Part shown: positions 23,768 to 33,100 of the stretch, one piece after another
Layout of the letters: the number at the start of each line of letters is the position of its first letter
Position numbering within the stretch: the first letter of the stretch is position 1
Source: a virus
Virus record (IMG/VR): IMGVR_UViG_3300045988_062964
Span: 1 to 45,338 of that record
Reading direction: 5' to 3' (one strand)
Length of the DNA stretch: 45,338 nt
Program-made: the position numbers and the translations under genes
Notes under the pieces: generated by a model
What the model saw: the letters and a program-made list of their open reading frames with translations, nothing else
The model's database searches: none
What the model was told of the DNA's origin: nothing

Positions 23768-24194
23768 AGCCGCACCCCCTTCCACGGTATAGAAGGCCCG
23801 TACCGGCTAAATACTGCGCTGCAACAGATGCAAGATGTGTTTGTGCCGACTGAGCCACTGCCGTGGCCTGCTGGGCACTTTCACCGCCGCTTCGGTAAGC
23901 TTTGGACCAGCTACCCACACTCTGGCTTTGCAACTCTCCGGCCTCTCCAGCATTTGCGGAGTTTTTAAGAGCATTCAGGGCCGCTTGCTGGGCAAGGTCG
24001 ATGCTCTGGTACTGTTCTGCCACGGCGCAACAGGCCATTTTCAGTGCATCCAACTCGCTGTTTGAGGCCGCCCGCCCCTGCGTGTAGTAATCCAAGAAAT
24101 AACTTGCACGCAGGGACAGACGAGGGAAGTCAGCCTTTTGGATAGTCTTGCCTAGATACGCAGCAGTGTAATACTCATAATCTGCGTAAGCCAT
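23733..24194 (-). CDS. Head-tail connector protein (gp6-like)
   Basis: The N-terminus MAYADYEYYTAAYLG is typical of gp6-like connectors. Confidence 0.55.
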   Translation of the reverse strand: MAYADYEYYTAAYLGKTIQKADFPRLSLRASYFLDYYTQGRAASNSELDALKMACCAVAEQYQSIDLAQQAALNALKNSANAGEAGELQSQSVGSWSKAYRSGGESAQQATAVAQSAQTHLASVAAQYLAGTGLLYRGRGCGYGHVPPCCDGL

Positions 24195-24206
24195 CAGGCC
24201 GCCTCC

Positions 24207-24560
24207 TTACTTCTTCGCACGGGCTTTCGTCTTAGCCTGCGGCTCAAACGTCGCCCCAGTGAAACTAAATTTCGCTACGCTGGAATCATCAACAAGCACC
24301 TCGAAGGTGTCATCCTTGGTCACCTGGAAGACAATGTCCGCGTCAAACAGGATGTTTTCCTTTGTGGGAGAGCCATTTTTCTTGAAGGTCATCTGTGTTC
24401 CGGTCTTTGTCAGGTGAAACGGGAAATAATACCCGCTCTGCTCGTCCGGGGCGCTGCTGAACTCGGTGTAGTTGGTCACATAATGAAATGTGCCCGTTAC
24501 AGCGCCGTTCGCATAGACCTTCAGGTCATCACCCACAAGCTCGGAAACCTGTTTCCCCAA
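24207..24560 (-). CDS. Hypothetical head-associated protein (start uncertain)
   Basis: 117 aa. The ORF-track start is a TTG inside the terminator hairpin, and a GTG about 24 nt downstream is an alternative. Confidence 0.5.
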   Translation of the reverse strand: MGKQVSELVGDDLKVYANGAVTGTFHYVTNYTEFSSAPDEQSGYYFPFHLTKTGTQMTFKKNGSPTKENILFDADIVFQVTKDDTFEVLVDDSSVAKFSFTGATFEPQAKTKARAKK

Positions 24561-24606
24561 TAGGGTCTGACCGCTGGGGAATAGCGTTAAAGTGTCAGAC
24601 CCTATT
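24559..24606 (-). terminator. 13-bp perfect hairpin immediately after the major capsid gene
   Basis: AATAGGGTCTGAC (24559-24571) pairs with GTCAGACCCTATT (24594-24606) and overlaps the capsid gene stop. Confidence 0.5.
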
Positions 24607-25576
24607 AACCCCCCGCCGGTGCGTAAACAGCAAAAGGGAAGGCGTTCTCATTGCCGACGTTGAAGGCGTTGATGGGATTGGGAATCTCCCAGCCCAGCCG
24701 CATGACGGCGCGGAGGGCCACCATGTCGTTCTGCATCAGGTTATAAAGGATATTTCCAGTGGTGGGATCTTGTACCACGCCGCTGTCGAAAATCTTGAAG
24801 GTCATATCCTGCCGAATGGCGTAGACCAGTTGGCTCCAGTCGCCCACGATAGCTAGGGATTCCTCCGGGTCGTAAGCACCGTTCACGGGGAAGTACATGC
24901 TCATGCCGTCCAGCGCGTAGCGGGTATCCCCCTGCATATCGGTCTTGAAAATGGGCTGACCGTTCTTATCCACAATGCCGCGCAGCTTGGCGCGCATCTG
25001 GATAGCCGCCATTACGCCGTTGGGGATATAGCCGCTCTCCTCCACTTTGGCAATCACGCCGCCCTCGCCCATGATGTCCTTGAAAATGTCGCTGGTAGCG
25101 GTCACAACAGCGCTTGCGGTAGTGGCAGAAGGGACAAGGCCATCACGCCAAGAAGTCGGCTTGTCCGTGCCGTACAGAATAGCGGCGTCGATGACCTTTC
25201 CGAATGCCTCTTGAAGACGGGGCCGCACCTCGCCCCAGATGTCGTAGTCGCTGTCGTCCAGAACGGCCTCGGGGATGGGGACAATAACCGCAATTTCCTC
25301 GGCGTAGATTTTCTTCTTGTCCCACGCCATATTGGTGGTCTTTTTCAGAGACGCCTTGGAGTCGGACGCGCCGGTGGTCGCCTCGCCGTTCACAAAGTAG
25401 GCGGTGGGCAGGGCGTCCAGCACATTAAGGGTCTGGGTCTTGCTGGTCATGTTGGGCAGCCGCCGGGCCATCCGCAGCACGGCGGACTCCGTTACGGCCC
25501 CCTGGATAATTTCACGGGTTACGGGCTCAGGGATAAGCCCAGAAAGTTTGCTTCTATCGATAATGTCAACAGCCAT
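24605..25576 (-). CDS. Major capsid protein (HK97-fold family)
   Basis: 323 aa, lying downstream of the scaffold gene. The N-terminus is IPEPVTREIIQGAVTESAVLRMARRLPNMTS. Confidence 0.85.
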   Translation of the reverse strand: MAVDIIDRSKLSGLIPEPVTREIIQGAVTESAVLRMARRLPNMTSKTQTLNVLDALPTAYFVNGEATTGASDSKASLKKTTNMAWDKKKIYAEEIAVIVPIPEAVLDDSDYDIWGEVRPRLQEAFGKVIDAAILYGTDKPTSWRDGLVPSATTASAVVTATSDIFKDIMGEGGVIAKVEESGYIPNGVMAAIQMRAKLRGIVDKNGQPIFKTDMQGDTRYALDGMSMYFPVNGAYDPEESLAIVGDWSQLVYAIRQDMTFKIFDSGVVQDPTTGNILYNLMQNDMVALRAVMRLGWEIPNPINAFNVGNENAFPFAVYAPAGG

Positions 25577-25589
25577 TTATGTTCTCCTT

Positions 25590-26090
25590 TCATTTCAGTG
25601 CGCCCCGGATCAGGGCGTTCATTACATCGTTTTCTCCTGTTTTTTGCTTCCCTCCGCCCACTGGAGCAGTCCAGTCAAAGGAAGTCTTCTTGCGGTCGGC
25701 GGTGAGCGCGTCCACGGCCTGCTCAAAGGTGGTCTTGTCGTCCACCATCTTCCCTGCCTTGAAGGCGATGAACTCCGCCTCCTCGCCGGTCAAGCCCTTT
25801 TTCAGGACATACAACTCACGCTTCAACTGGTCTCTCTCCGCTTCTGCGGTTGTCAGCTTTCCGGAGAGAGTATCCCTCTCGCCAGTCAGCTTGTCCCAGC
25901 GTTCTTTCTCTCCGGCCTGCCCGTCCTTCCAGGTGCGGTAGGCGGTCAGCTCTTCTTCGCTGGGCATTCCCTTCATGGCTTTTGCAAGCCGCTTGCCAAT
26001 CATGGAATCCACTTCCGCCTGAGTGAAGGTTTTCTCAGGAGCGGGCTCCGGCGCAGGGGCCGGGGTAGGGTTATTGATAGGTTCGCTCAT
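25590..26090 (-). CDS. Capsid scaffolding protein (DUF4355-like)
   Basis: 166 aa. Has the FTQAEVDSMIGKRLAK motif and a coiled coil. It lies directly upstream of the capsid gene. Confidence 0.7.
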   Translation of the reverse strand: MSEPINNPTPAPAPEPAPEKTFTQAEVDSMIGKRLAKAMKGMPSEEELTAYRTWKDGQAGEKERWDKLTGERDTLSGKLTTAEAERDQLKRELYVLKKGLTGEEAEFIAFKAGKMVDDKTTFEQAVDALTADRKKTSFDWTAPVGGGKQKTGENDVMNALIRGALK

Positions 26091-26143
26091 AAATACCTCC
26101 GTTTATTGTCAGGGCCGTCGCCCTGCGGTTTTACGCCTCTCGG

Positions 26144-26197
26144 CAAAATAGAAAGAGCCATCAAACCGTTACAGTTCGTAACCGGTTCAATGGCTCT
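26144..26197 (-). terminator. Long hairpin / intrinsic terminator
   Basis: On the minus strand, AGAGCCAT..AACCGGTTAC-gaact-GTAACGGTT..ATGGCTCT followed by TTCTATTTT. Confidence 0.6.
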
Positions 26198-26217
26198 TGG
26201 CTCACAGGCTCTTGGCT

Positions 26218-26364
26218 CTATGCGATATTTACTTCCATGTCGTGCTTACATGCCTTGCATCGAAACGGCATGTGCTCTACTTTGGTATCCGGTCGAACCG
26301 GGAAAAGAGCTTTCCCGCAGTACGGGCAGCAATACCATGTTTTCCCGTTAATTTCTTTTATCAC
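26218..26364 (-). CDS. Cysteine-rich KTR-like zinc-ribbon protein (48 aa)
   Basis: Not on the ORF track. The GTG start overlaps the upstream TGA and follows the SD GGAGGA. Translation is VIKEINGKTWYCCPYCGKALFPVRPDTKVEHMPFRCKACKHDMEVNIA. Confidence 0.55.
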   Translation of the reverse strand: MIKEINGKTWYCCPYCGKALFPVRPDTKVEHMPFRCKACKHDMEVNIA

Positions 26365-26567
26365 GCGCTGTCCTCCATAACATACCACTTGCACTTCTCG
26401 CAGACTTCATTTGCTTTATCTACGTCAAACGGCTCTATTGCAAGCTCCATGTCCATCTCGTCCTCCCGAACTTCTTGGACCTCATAGCACTCTCCATATA
26501 GGATTTCTCGCCCAAAAAGAGGGCAAACGCATTTATCATTGTGATTTTTCGCCATATCATTTCCCAT
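26361..26567 (-). CDS. Small acidic Cys-rich protein (68 aa)
   Basis: Has C-x-C ... C ... C-x2-C spacing and overlaps the end of the MuF-like gene. Confidence 0.6.
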   Translation of the reverse strand: MGNDMAKNHNDKCVCPLFGREILYGECYEVQEVREDEMDMELAIEPFDVDKANEVCEKCKWYVMEDSA

Positions 26568-28083
26568 CCAAATAGTCCCGATACTTCTTTCTCAGCTTTT
26601 CCGGGACCGCTGTTACAATCTTCCCGTCAACGCTTAAAACTACATAACCGCTATCTGCCAAGAATTTCAATGTATTCCGGTCAGTCTGATACAAAACTAA
26701 CCTGCTGTTATTTATGATACTCTGCGACGCTTCAATCGTCAATGCAGATCTATCCGGTTTCATCGTAAGGTTATTTGCAAAGTGGTCTGTCACGCCGCTA
26801 ATCTGCGGCGGGTCAAGCTGCACCTGATATTGTCTGGAAGAGAATTTACCGACAATTTTTATGTTCCCTTGATATGATTCCAGCCCGGAAAATTGTTTTA
26901 TGCTGGTTAGCCCTTCCGGATATTGAACCTGCATTCTTTCTCTTTGTAACGGTAGCCCCGCCGCCTCGCTGAACGCCTTGTATTCCTGATTCAGTCTCCG
27001 GATACGGGTAGTCACCGCCTGGTAGTTCTCCGTCAGTCCTGCGGCCTTGTATGCGGTCTGTTCTCGCTTCAGCTTGCGGATAGTTCGCTCGACCTGCCGC
27101 TGTTTCTGTGTGGCCTCATAAGCTGTGTAGTGCTTTCCCTCAAAATCCACGTCGTGCCCATCGTCTATGTGAGCAAGTTCTTCGTCGGTATATGTTCGCT
27201 CCATCACACCATCCACAAAGGCAGTCCTGATATGTCGGCAGTTTGCACCCTCCAAGCCGTCCACATAGCCAAGCCCGCACACCTCATAAATGCTCGGATA
27301 CTTGTCTCCGGTCCTTACGGAGTACACCCGGCCCTGCCATGCCTTGTGGTTTTGCCAGCCGACACCCTTATCTCGTGCCCCGATGTGGGCGGACACTTCA
27401 AAATAAGGAGTTTCCAAATACTCTGCACTCTGCTCCGTGTACTTGGCACAAAGCTGAGACACCCCCGTCATCACCGCCCGGCGGGCTGCCACGTCGATAT
27501 GGTCACGGTGGCCGCTCTCATAATCCACAACCTTGATACCGCTGTCCGCAAGCTGTTTGACGGCGCTTTTGATGGCCTGATTGTAAGAGATGGCCCCGCT
27601 CGTGATCTGCATTTCAGCGTTATCCAGCGCCCATTGATAGGCCCTGGCCGTGGGAAGCATCGTCCGCCCGTTGTCCACCAGAAAGCCCATAGAGCCGGTC
27701 ATGTTATGGAATGTCTGTTTGGTCTGCTCGTAGATAGCCCATGTGTCCTCGATGCTAACCAGTGTTTCCGGTGCAGTTACACCCGCAATGTCCATAACCT
27801 CCTGGTAGTACCGCTGGTTCCGCTCCGCCACGTCGTCCAAGAGCTTTTGCAAGTCCCGCTGGCTGATGTTTGCGGTGCTCTGGATGGCCTTTTCTATGTC
27901 CTTTAGGTCAATGCCATGGGAGCGGAGTGCCCGTATATCCTGCACCGTGACCTCGTTCAGCTCGCCGGATAATTTCAGGCGAGAACATATTTCCTCCAGG
28001 AGCGTCGCTTCCAGACTGCGGTATAGCTCGGCCAATTCTTCTGGAAGAGAGTCCAGAACTTCGGGAGAGAATGGGTATTTCAT
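26557..28083 (-). CDS. Minor capsid / head morphogenesis protein (SPP1 gp7 / MuF family) with an extra C-terminal domain of about 115 aa
   Basis: Core is YFEVSAHIGARDKGVGWQNHKAWQGRVYS...GANCRHI, followed by the coiled coil YEATQKQRQVERTIRKLKRE. An AT-richer tail of unknown family occupies 26557 to about 26913. Confidence 0.8.
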   Translation of the reverse strand: MKYPFSPEVLDSLPEELAELYRSLEATLLEEICSRLKLSGELNEVTVQDIRALRSHGIDLKDIEKAIQSTANISQRDLQKLLDDVAERNQRYYQEVMDIAGVTAPETLVSIEDTWAIYEQTKQTFHNMTGSMGFLVDNGRTMLPTARAYQWALDNAEMQITSGAISYNQAIKSAVKQLADSGIKVVDYESGHRDHIDVAARRAVMTGVSQLCAKYTEQSAEYLETPYFEVSAHIGARDKGVGWQNHKAWQGRVYSVRTGDKYPSIYEVCGLGYVDGLEGANCRHIRTAFVDGVMERTYTDEELAHIDDGHDVDFEGKHYTAYEATQKQRQVERTIRKLKREQTAYKAAGLTENYQAVTTRIRRLNQEYKAFSEAAGLPLQRERMQVQYPEGLTSIKQFSGLESYQGNIKIVGKFSSRQYQVQLDPPQISGVTDHFANNLTMKPDRSALTIEASQSIINNSRLVLYQTDRNTLKFLADSGYVVLSVDGKIVTAVPEKLRKKYRDYLDGK

Positions 28084-29498
28084 TCAATCTCGTTCTCCCC
28101 TTCCGTTGTCATGTCCTCCATCTTTGGCAGCATTTTCTTAGCCGTAGCCTCGTCCTCGTTGTACCACTTCATGCGGTACTCCCACGGGTTCATAATGCCC
28201 GCCGCAAGGTCCTGACGGTCATTATTCCGCTCGGTGGTCTTGTCCTCGATGATAGAGTCATCAAAGTCAATGGTAACTTTAGCATCTTCATTCAGCCCGG
28301 CGCCCATGGCTGCATTCCCAAGCCGAAGAATAATATGGCACAACTCTGTAATGGCCTGTTCCAAAATGATTTCATGCTTTTTGATGGTCCTAAACATGGT
28401 GGAGTTTTCGCTGATGACCTGGGTGGCTGTGGTAATGCTCCCCTGGTCGAAGCGGTAATGGTTTTCTCCAAAGCCACACTTGCTGGACAGTAGATTCAGT
28501 TGGTCTTGGATACCCGTGTTGTGCTCCTGGGTACGTAGTGTCATGTCGATGGGCGTGATGACCGCACCGTCACTTACATCCTCCGGGAGTACATAGTAAG
28601 CCAAGTCGTCCGGGTCAAAAAATGGCTCTCCGTCGAGGTCTTTGGTTGCAGACGGCTTGACCATGATGCGCTTTTTTCCAAGGACGAATTCATTGACGTA
28701 GCTATCATAGGCCACATCTACGCCTTTGAGAACATCGATGGCGTTTGCATAGACAGAAACCCCCAGCGGAGAATCGTCAAAATTGTTGGCAATATTAGGC
28801 CTGTCAATAACAAACTGCCTCTGATCTGATCCGGTATGTACCACAGGAGGGACTGCCTCAAACCCTGGAATGTCGGCCAAAGACAGTTCTGCATCCACAT
28901 TGTTATTGCGGTAATGATAGATGCGATTCTCGATGTCGTATAAGCCGTCTACCTTGTGATGAATCTGGAGATAACAATAATCCTCACCGTTGACGGTCAC
29001 GATGCTATCAAATGCGCAATCGGTAATAATACCGTTCTGCCATGCCAGCGGCCAGATATGCTCCACGGTCACATAATCCATTACAATGCCGCTTGCGCTT
29101 CCAGGAATGGGACCAAACTCCGTCGCTTCCATGCCTACTACTCGCGGTATAAAGGCCACTGTCCCGAGTGCAAACGCTTTTTCCTGCATCTCATTTACCT
29201 GGACCAGAAAGTTGTTTTCGGCGAACACGCGGTCAATAAATTCCTGCTCCCGCTGCCCCTCCAGAGTGATTTCCACCTTTTCATTCATCAGGAGGTTTGC
29301 CCAATCCTCTGGGATCTTCTTGCCCATGTTGAGAGTATACCGCTTGCATCGAACCATGCTCGTTCCGTTTCGAACCTTGTACCGATGGAAGCCCTTCACA
29401 TCTCCAATATACCAGCTTTTCCATTCCTGCACTTTTCGGTAAAAGTATTCGCTGATGGTGGCAAAGCCCAGCTCTTTCAGCTTATCATTTATGTTCAA
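28080..29498 (-). CDS. Portal protein (SPP1 gp6-like)
   Basis: 472 aa, lying between TerL and MuF. The N-terminal pattern is EYFYRKVQEWKSWYIGDVKGFHRY. Confidence 0.85.
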   Translation of the reverse strand: MNINDKLKELGFATISEYFYRKVQEWKSWYIGDVKGFHRYKVRNGTSMVRCKRYTLNMGKKIPEDWANLLMNEKVEITLEGQREQEFIDRVFAENNFLVQVNEMQEKAFALGTVAFIPRVVGMEATEFGPIPGSASGIVMDYVTVEHIWPLAWQNGIITDCAFDSIVTVNGEDYCYLQIHHKVDGLYDIENRIYHYRNNNVDAELSLADIPGFEAVPPVVHTGSDQRQFVIDRPNIANNFDDSPLGVSVYANAIDVLKGVDVAYDSYVNEFVLGKKRIMVKPSATKDLDGEPFFDPDDLAYYVLPEDVSDGAVITPIDMTLRTQEHNTGIQDQLNLLSSKCGFGENHYRFDQGSITTATQVISENSTMFRTIKKHEIILEQAITELCHIILRLGNAAMGAGLNEDAKVTIDFDDSIIEDKTTERNNDRQDLAAGIMNPWEYRMKWYNEDEATAKKMLPKMEDMTTEGENEIE

Positions 29499-30733
29499 GC
29501 AGTTACCCCCATTCTTCTGAATACACGCTCAAGTGCATACCTTGTAGCGTCAATAAGGTGGTTATTCTCGTCAGGATACCCGCTGATGATCTCCCCATCC
29601 TTATTTCGCTCATACTCATAATTCACAAACTCGCTATAAGCGTTTGGAGTCCTTCTGCGGTCAATGACAATCTTCCGCTTCTGGAGCCACTTCATACCAT
29701 ACTCCACGCTTCCAGGCCCCTTAATTGCCTCTTTGGCCGGAAGGCCCATCGCCCGATAGTCTGCTGATGATTTAGGCTCTGCGCTGTCACAGGTAATGTA
29801 AGCATCCTTGTATCCTTTGGAAAGAATCAACTTTGCGCTCGCCTCGTTGGTCAGCTTATTTTGGTATATCTCGTCCATTAGGTATATTGTCTCCCTGGCT
29901 CGGTCATAGTGGAGGCGGATAAAGGCAAATGGATCAGGGAACCAGCCCCAGTCCACACCTTGATAGATACGGTCAAAGGAAGCGAACTCTTCGTCCGTGA
30001 TTCCCCTCAACTCCAGATTCTCAAATACGTTGCCGCCGGTGCCGACCGCTTCGCCCAAGTATTCATGGCGGTATGCCCGCTCATCCGTGGATTTCAGATG
30101 TTCGGCCTCTGCCAGAAACTGCGCCCCAAGCCATTCAGGCGGGGCCTCCAAGTATGTGCTCTTATGGCACAGCCTGTCCGCTCTTTCTTCCAAGCTGTCT
30201 TTGTTGGCCCAGTTGTCCCGGCTGATGGGTGGATTGTAGCTCTCAAAGTTCCAGAACTTCGACCCGCCGCGCATGGTAGATTGTAAAATGGTTCTAATCT
30301 CCGCCCGACCGGAAAACTGATCTTTTTCTTCAAAGTGTGTTACAGCGATATATCCGAACGGAACCTTAATGGACTTTATTTTCATGGGGTCATCAGCGCC
30401 CCGGAACATGATTTTCTGCCCAGTCGGCTTATAAATCAGCTCCATAGGTTGAACCTTAGCGTCCCAGTACGCCGCCATACCCAATTCTCCGATTGCCCAT
30501 AGATATTGTGCATACACGCTGTCCCGGATAGTGTTCGCCACTTTGCGAAGTACCAAGGCGTGGGTGTTTGAATTGGTCAGCAGGATAAGCGGCACCAGCA
30601 GGGAGACGCAGGAAGATTTAAGCGAGCCTCGGCCACCAGACAAATCATAGTGTGTGTGTCCGTGTTGGAATACGTCACGAGCCAGTAGGTGGAATGCAGG
30701 TCCAAGGACGGACGATAAACGAATCTCAGACAT
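29495..30733 (-). CDS. terL: Terminase large subunit (PBSX / Terminase_3 type)
   Basis: 412 aa. Walker A-like LSGGRGSLKSS. It overlaps terS upstream and the portal gene downstream. Confidence 0.9.
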   Translation of the reverse strand: MSEIRLSSVLGPAFHLLARDVFQHGHTHYDLSGGRGSLKSSCVSLLVPLILLTNSNTHALVLRKVANTIRDSVYAQYLWAIGELGMAAYWDAKVQPMELIYKPTGQKIMFRGADDPMKIKSIKVPFGYIAVTHFEEKDQFSGRAEIRTILQSTMRGGSKFWNFESYNPPISRDNWANKDSLEERADRLCHKSTYLEAPPEWLGAQFLAEAEHLKSTDERAYRHEYLGEAVGTGGNVFENLELRGITDEEFASFDRIYQGVDWGWFPDPFAFIRLHYDRARETIYLMDEIYQNKLTNEASAKLILSKGYKDAYITCDSAEPKSSADYRAMGLPAKEAIKGPGSVEYGMKWLQKRKIVIDRRRTPNAYSEFVNYEYERNKDGEIISGYPDENNHLIDATRYALERVFRRMGVTA

Positions 30734-31106
30734 CTATGACCACCTTGACCTCCGTATCTCCATCGCCGTTCGCCTTTCCATCAAACGCTCCCACATGCTT
30801 TCCCAGCAATTCAAGCGCTTTTATCTTGCTGGAATACTTCAGGTCGCTGTCGTTCGCATCCGAGGCCGGTTTATCTGTGATTTCCTTCAGCTTGGCAAGC
30901 ACATAGTCCTGTGTAATCTCTGTCCGTTCACTTCTGGCTCTCTTTGCTTCCTGAATTGCGGAAGAAACGTTATTTTTCGTAATTAGCTGCCGCCCAATTT
31001 CAGGGTTTTTATACCCTGCCCGAAGAGCAGCCTGTGCGGCATTCAAATCCACAAGGTACTCCTGCACAAATCTTTCTTGCTTTGGCGTTAATGCCACACT
31101 CACCAC
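30726..31106 (-). CDS. terS: Terminase small subunit (Terminase_2 type)
   Basis: Motif LTPKQERFVQEYLVDLNAAQAALRAGY. Confidence 0.9.
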   Translation of the reverse strand: MVSVALTPKQERFVQEYLVDLNAAQAALRAGYKNPEIGRQLITKNNVSSAIQEAKRARSERTEITQDYVLAKLKEITDKPASDANDSDLKYSSKIKALELLGKHVGAFDGKANGDGDTEVKVVIDV

Positions 31107-31137
31107 CTCTCGCCTAAGTAGAGTCTACAAATTTCCC

Positions 31138-31428
31138 CTATTCTTCGTACTTGACTACTTCAAATCCCCCGTCCGGAGTCCATTTAAAGCATTTAACCCC
31201 ATATTTAGATAACTGTTTCATCACTGTTTCCTGGTTTTGTTTCAGTGGGTGAGCGTGTCTCGGCTTCACTTCAACTAGGCAAATTTCTCCTTTTTCGTTG
31301 ATGCAAAAGAAGTCCGGCCATCCTCTCTTTGTCACGGCCCAGCCCTTTTGACTTAACTCGTCAAAACACATTGCTTCTGCATTGTTCTTTGGCCGCTTCT
31401 GACTGACGCCATGTATGTATTCCGCCAT
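31138..31428 (-). CDS. VRR-NUC / PD-(D/E)xK-like nuclease upstream of terS
   Basis: The start is at MAEYIHG. GWPDFFC...ICLVEVKPRHAHPLKQNQ fits the PD...E-x-K...Q pattern. Confidence 0.55.
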   Translation of the reverse strand: MAEYIHGVSQKRPKNNAEAMCFDELSQKGWAVTKRGWPDFFCINEKGEICLVEVKPRHAHPLKQNQETVMKQLSKYGVKCFKWTPDGGFEVVKYEE

Positions 31429-31482
31429 CGCTATCTTTCGCCCACCTTTCACGATTTCCCATAAAACGCCCACTTTCTTTTA

Positions 31483-31523
31483 GGGCCATATATATACCCC
31501 CTACGGGGTTAATATATTGGCCC
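31483..31523. promoter_or_regulatory. 18-bp-stem hairpin with GC clamps and an AT core, upstream of the packaging genes
   Basis: GGGCCATATATATACCCC-ctac-GGGGTTAATATATTGGCCC, with no flanking T-run. Confidence 0.5.
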
Positions 31524-31617
31524 GTAAAGAAAGTACACCATCGCCGCCTACTGTCGAGCGCTGGCTCGGATACGGCCAGCCGTCACAGCCTGTTAAGCGA
31601 TACACCCGTGTGGGTTG

Positions 31618-32325
31618 TTAACCTAGAAACATGTTGATAAAAAACTGCTGTCCTTTCCCCGTCACCTTCGGAGTCTTGTTTACTGTAACGTGCCCATCTG
31701 CATGTGTAATGCTGGTTTCCTTGATTTCAAACAGGCCCAATTCCATCGAGCGCTGTGTGGGCATGTTGTAATCCGTGCCCTCTCTGCGGATCAGATATCC
31801 GTTATTCCGCATCCAGTCAAAGAGGCGGTTCTGCCCAGTGTCCACCCCATTCTGCTTGAGGAGCTTTGCCAGCTCTCCAACCAGTATGGATGTATTGGAG
31901 GCAGCCACGGAGTCCGCAAATAGCACCTTCGGCCGGTTGGTCTCCTTCTCCGCCTCCAGCATCTTAATCTTTCGATCTGCTATCTGGAGCGCACGGGCCA
32001 TTACCTTTTCCGGGCTATTCCAATCCTTTTCCAATTGGAGGAAATACTTCCGGGCAATCTTCCCCTTCTCGTTCCGCTGTAGCATGCAGATCTCCTTGGC
32101 CATATCGATAGAGACGGCGGCATCTTTCATGCTCTGAGGGCCGCCAGCGGGGTTATGGACAAAAATGTCCGTGACTGCGTAATCCTCATTTTCAGCGAAT
32201 CCATATTCGCACATACGGGGAAACCACTTGTGGTACGGTGTTTCTACCTCTAGAAACTCGTGGAGTTCCCGCGCTGATACTGCTGGCTTTTCGCCGCTAA
32301 AGTCAACTTTGATTAGTTCGTTCAT
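31618..32325 (-). CDS. Phage antirepressor (AntA N-domain plus KilAC/ANT C-domain)
   Basis: The start at MNELIKV follows the SD AAAGGGTGG. N-domain: ARELHEFLEVETPYHKWFPRMCEYGF. C-domain: PKVLFADSVAASNTSILVGELAKLLKQNG...LFDWMRNNGYL. Confidence 0.85.
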   Translation of the reverse strand: MNELIKVDFSGEKPAVSARELHEFLEVETPYHKWFPRMCEYGFAENEDYAVTDIFVHNPAGGPQSMKDAAVSIDMAKEICMLQRNEKGKIARKYFLQLEKDWNSPEKVMARALQIADRKIKMLEAEKETNRPKVLFADSVAASNTSILVGELAKLLKQNGVDTGQNRLFDWMRNNGYLIRREGTDYNMPTQRSMELGLFEIKETSITHADGHVTVNKTPKVTGKGQQFFINMFLG

Positions 32326-32374
32326 GTAGATACCACCCTTTCTGTTTTGCTTCCCACCTTTATGTTGACTCAGG

Positions 32375-33100
32375 GCAGGGGAGTAAGGTGGCACCTCCCT
32401 TTTCGGCCCGTCGGCCTAGCCCTGATCTTTTGTTTGAGAGGCGGCGGTGGAATATCCCGCCATGCGTTTCCTCTCATTGGTGCCACCGCCCGCCTCATGC
32501 GGCGAGGAGCGGCATATGGCGGACAGTAGGTTGTCCAGCCGCCCATTGGCATTTAATTTAATCGCGCAGTGCCTCTTTTGCTTTCCATCTGCGTTTGGAG
32601 CCGAGAGGCGGCATTGAGCCGCCACACGTCCACGGCGTTGTCCATGGCCGCCGCTTCCGCTTCTGCTCAAGCACTCGGCATATGTGGCGGATTCCGTCTC
32701 TACACGCTCCGCCGGGCGCAGCCGCTTTCTATGTGTCGGCACACCGGGGCAGGTCATAGCTGCCACCGCTTTTTTAGCTCCGCCCCCATGACAGGCGGCT
32801 CGCGTCTTACTCTTCCCAGCGCCTAGACGCTCCGGCAATCTGGTGTAGTGTCTTTCCACCGTCATTCGCCGCCAGAGGGGTGCGACCCCTCATGCCCCGA
32901 ATAGTGGGGTGGTGTTCGACCGGCGGCATATTGCACACAGAGGGGGTGGCGGCAGATACACCGACGCCACCCACTCTACGTGAAGGAGGAAAAGGGGATG
33001 GAAAGAGAATGGGAGCGCAGGGGCACACGCTCCCACACTCCCATTTTCGCATATACCATGCTCTCCGATTCCCTCACGAGGGAATCACAGCAACTTTTTC
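32375..33100. ncRNA. Candidate large structured non-coding RNA (class and strand undetermined)
   Basis: No credible ORF. Perfect GC hairpins at 32521-36, 32607-23, 32748-64, 32802-30, 32877-89, 32895-909, 32944-72, 33011-34 and 33067-86. A 9-bp long-range complement joins 32387-95 to 32479-87. Confidence 0.4.
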
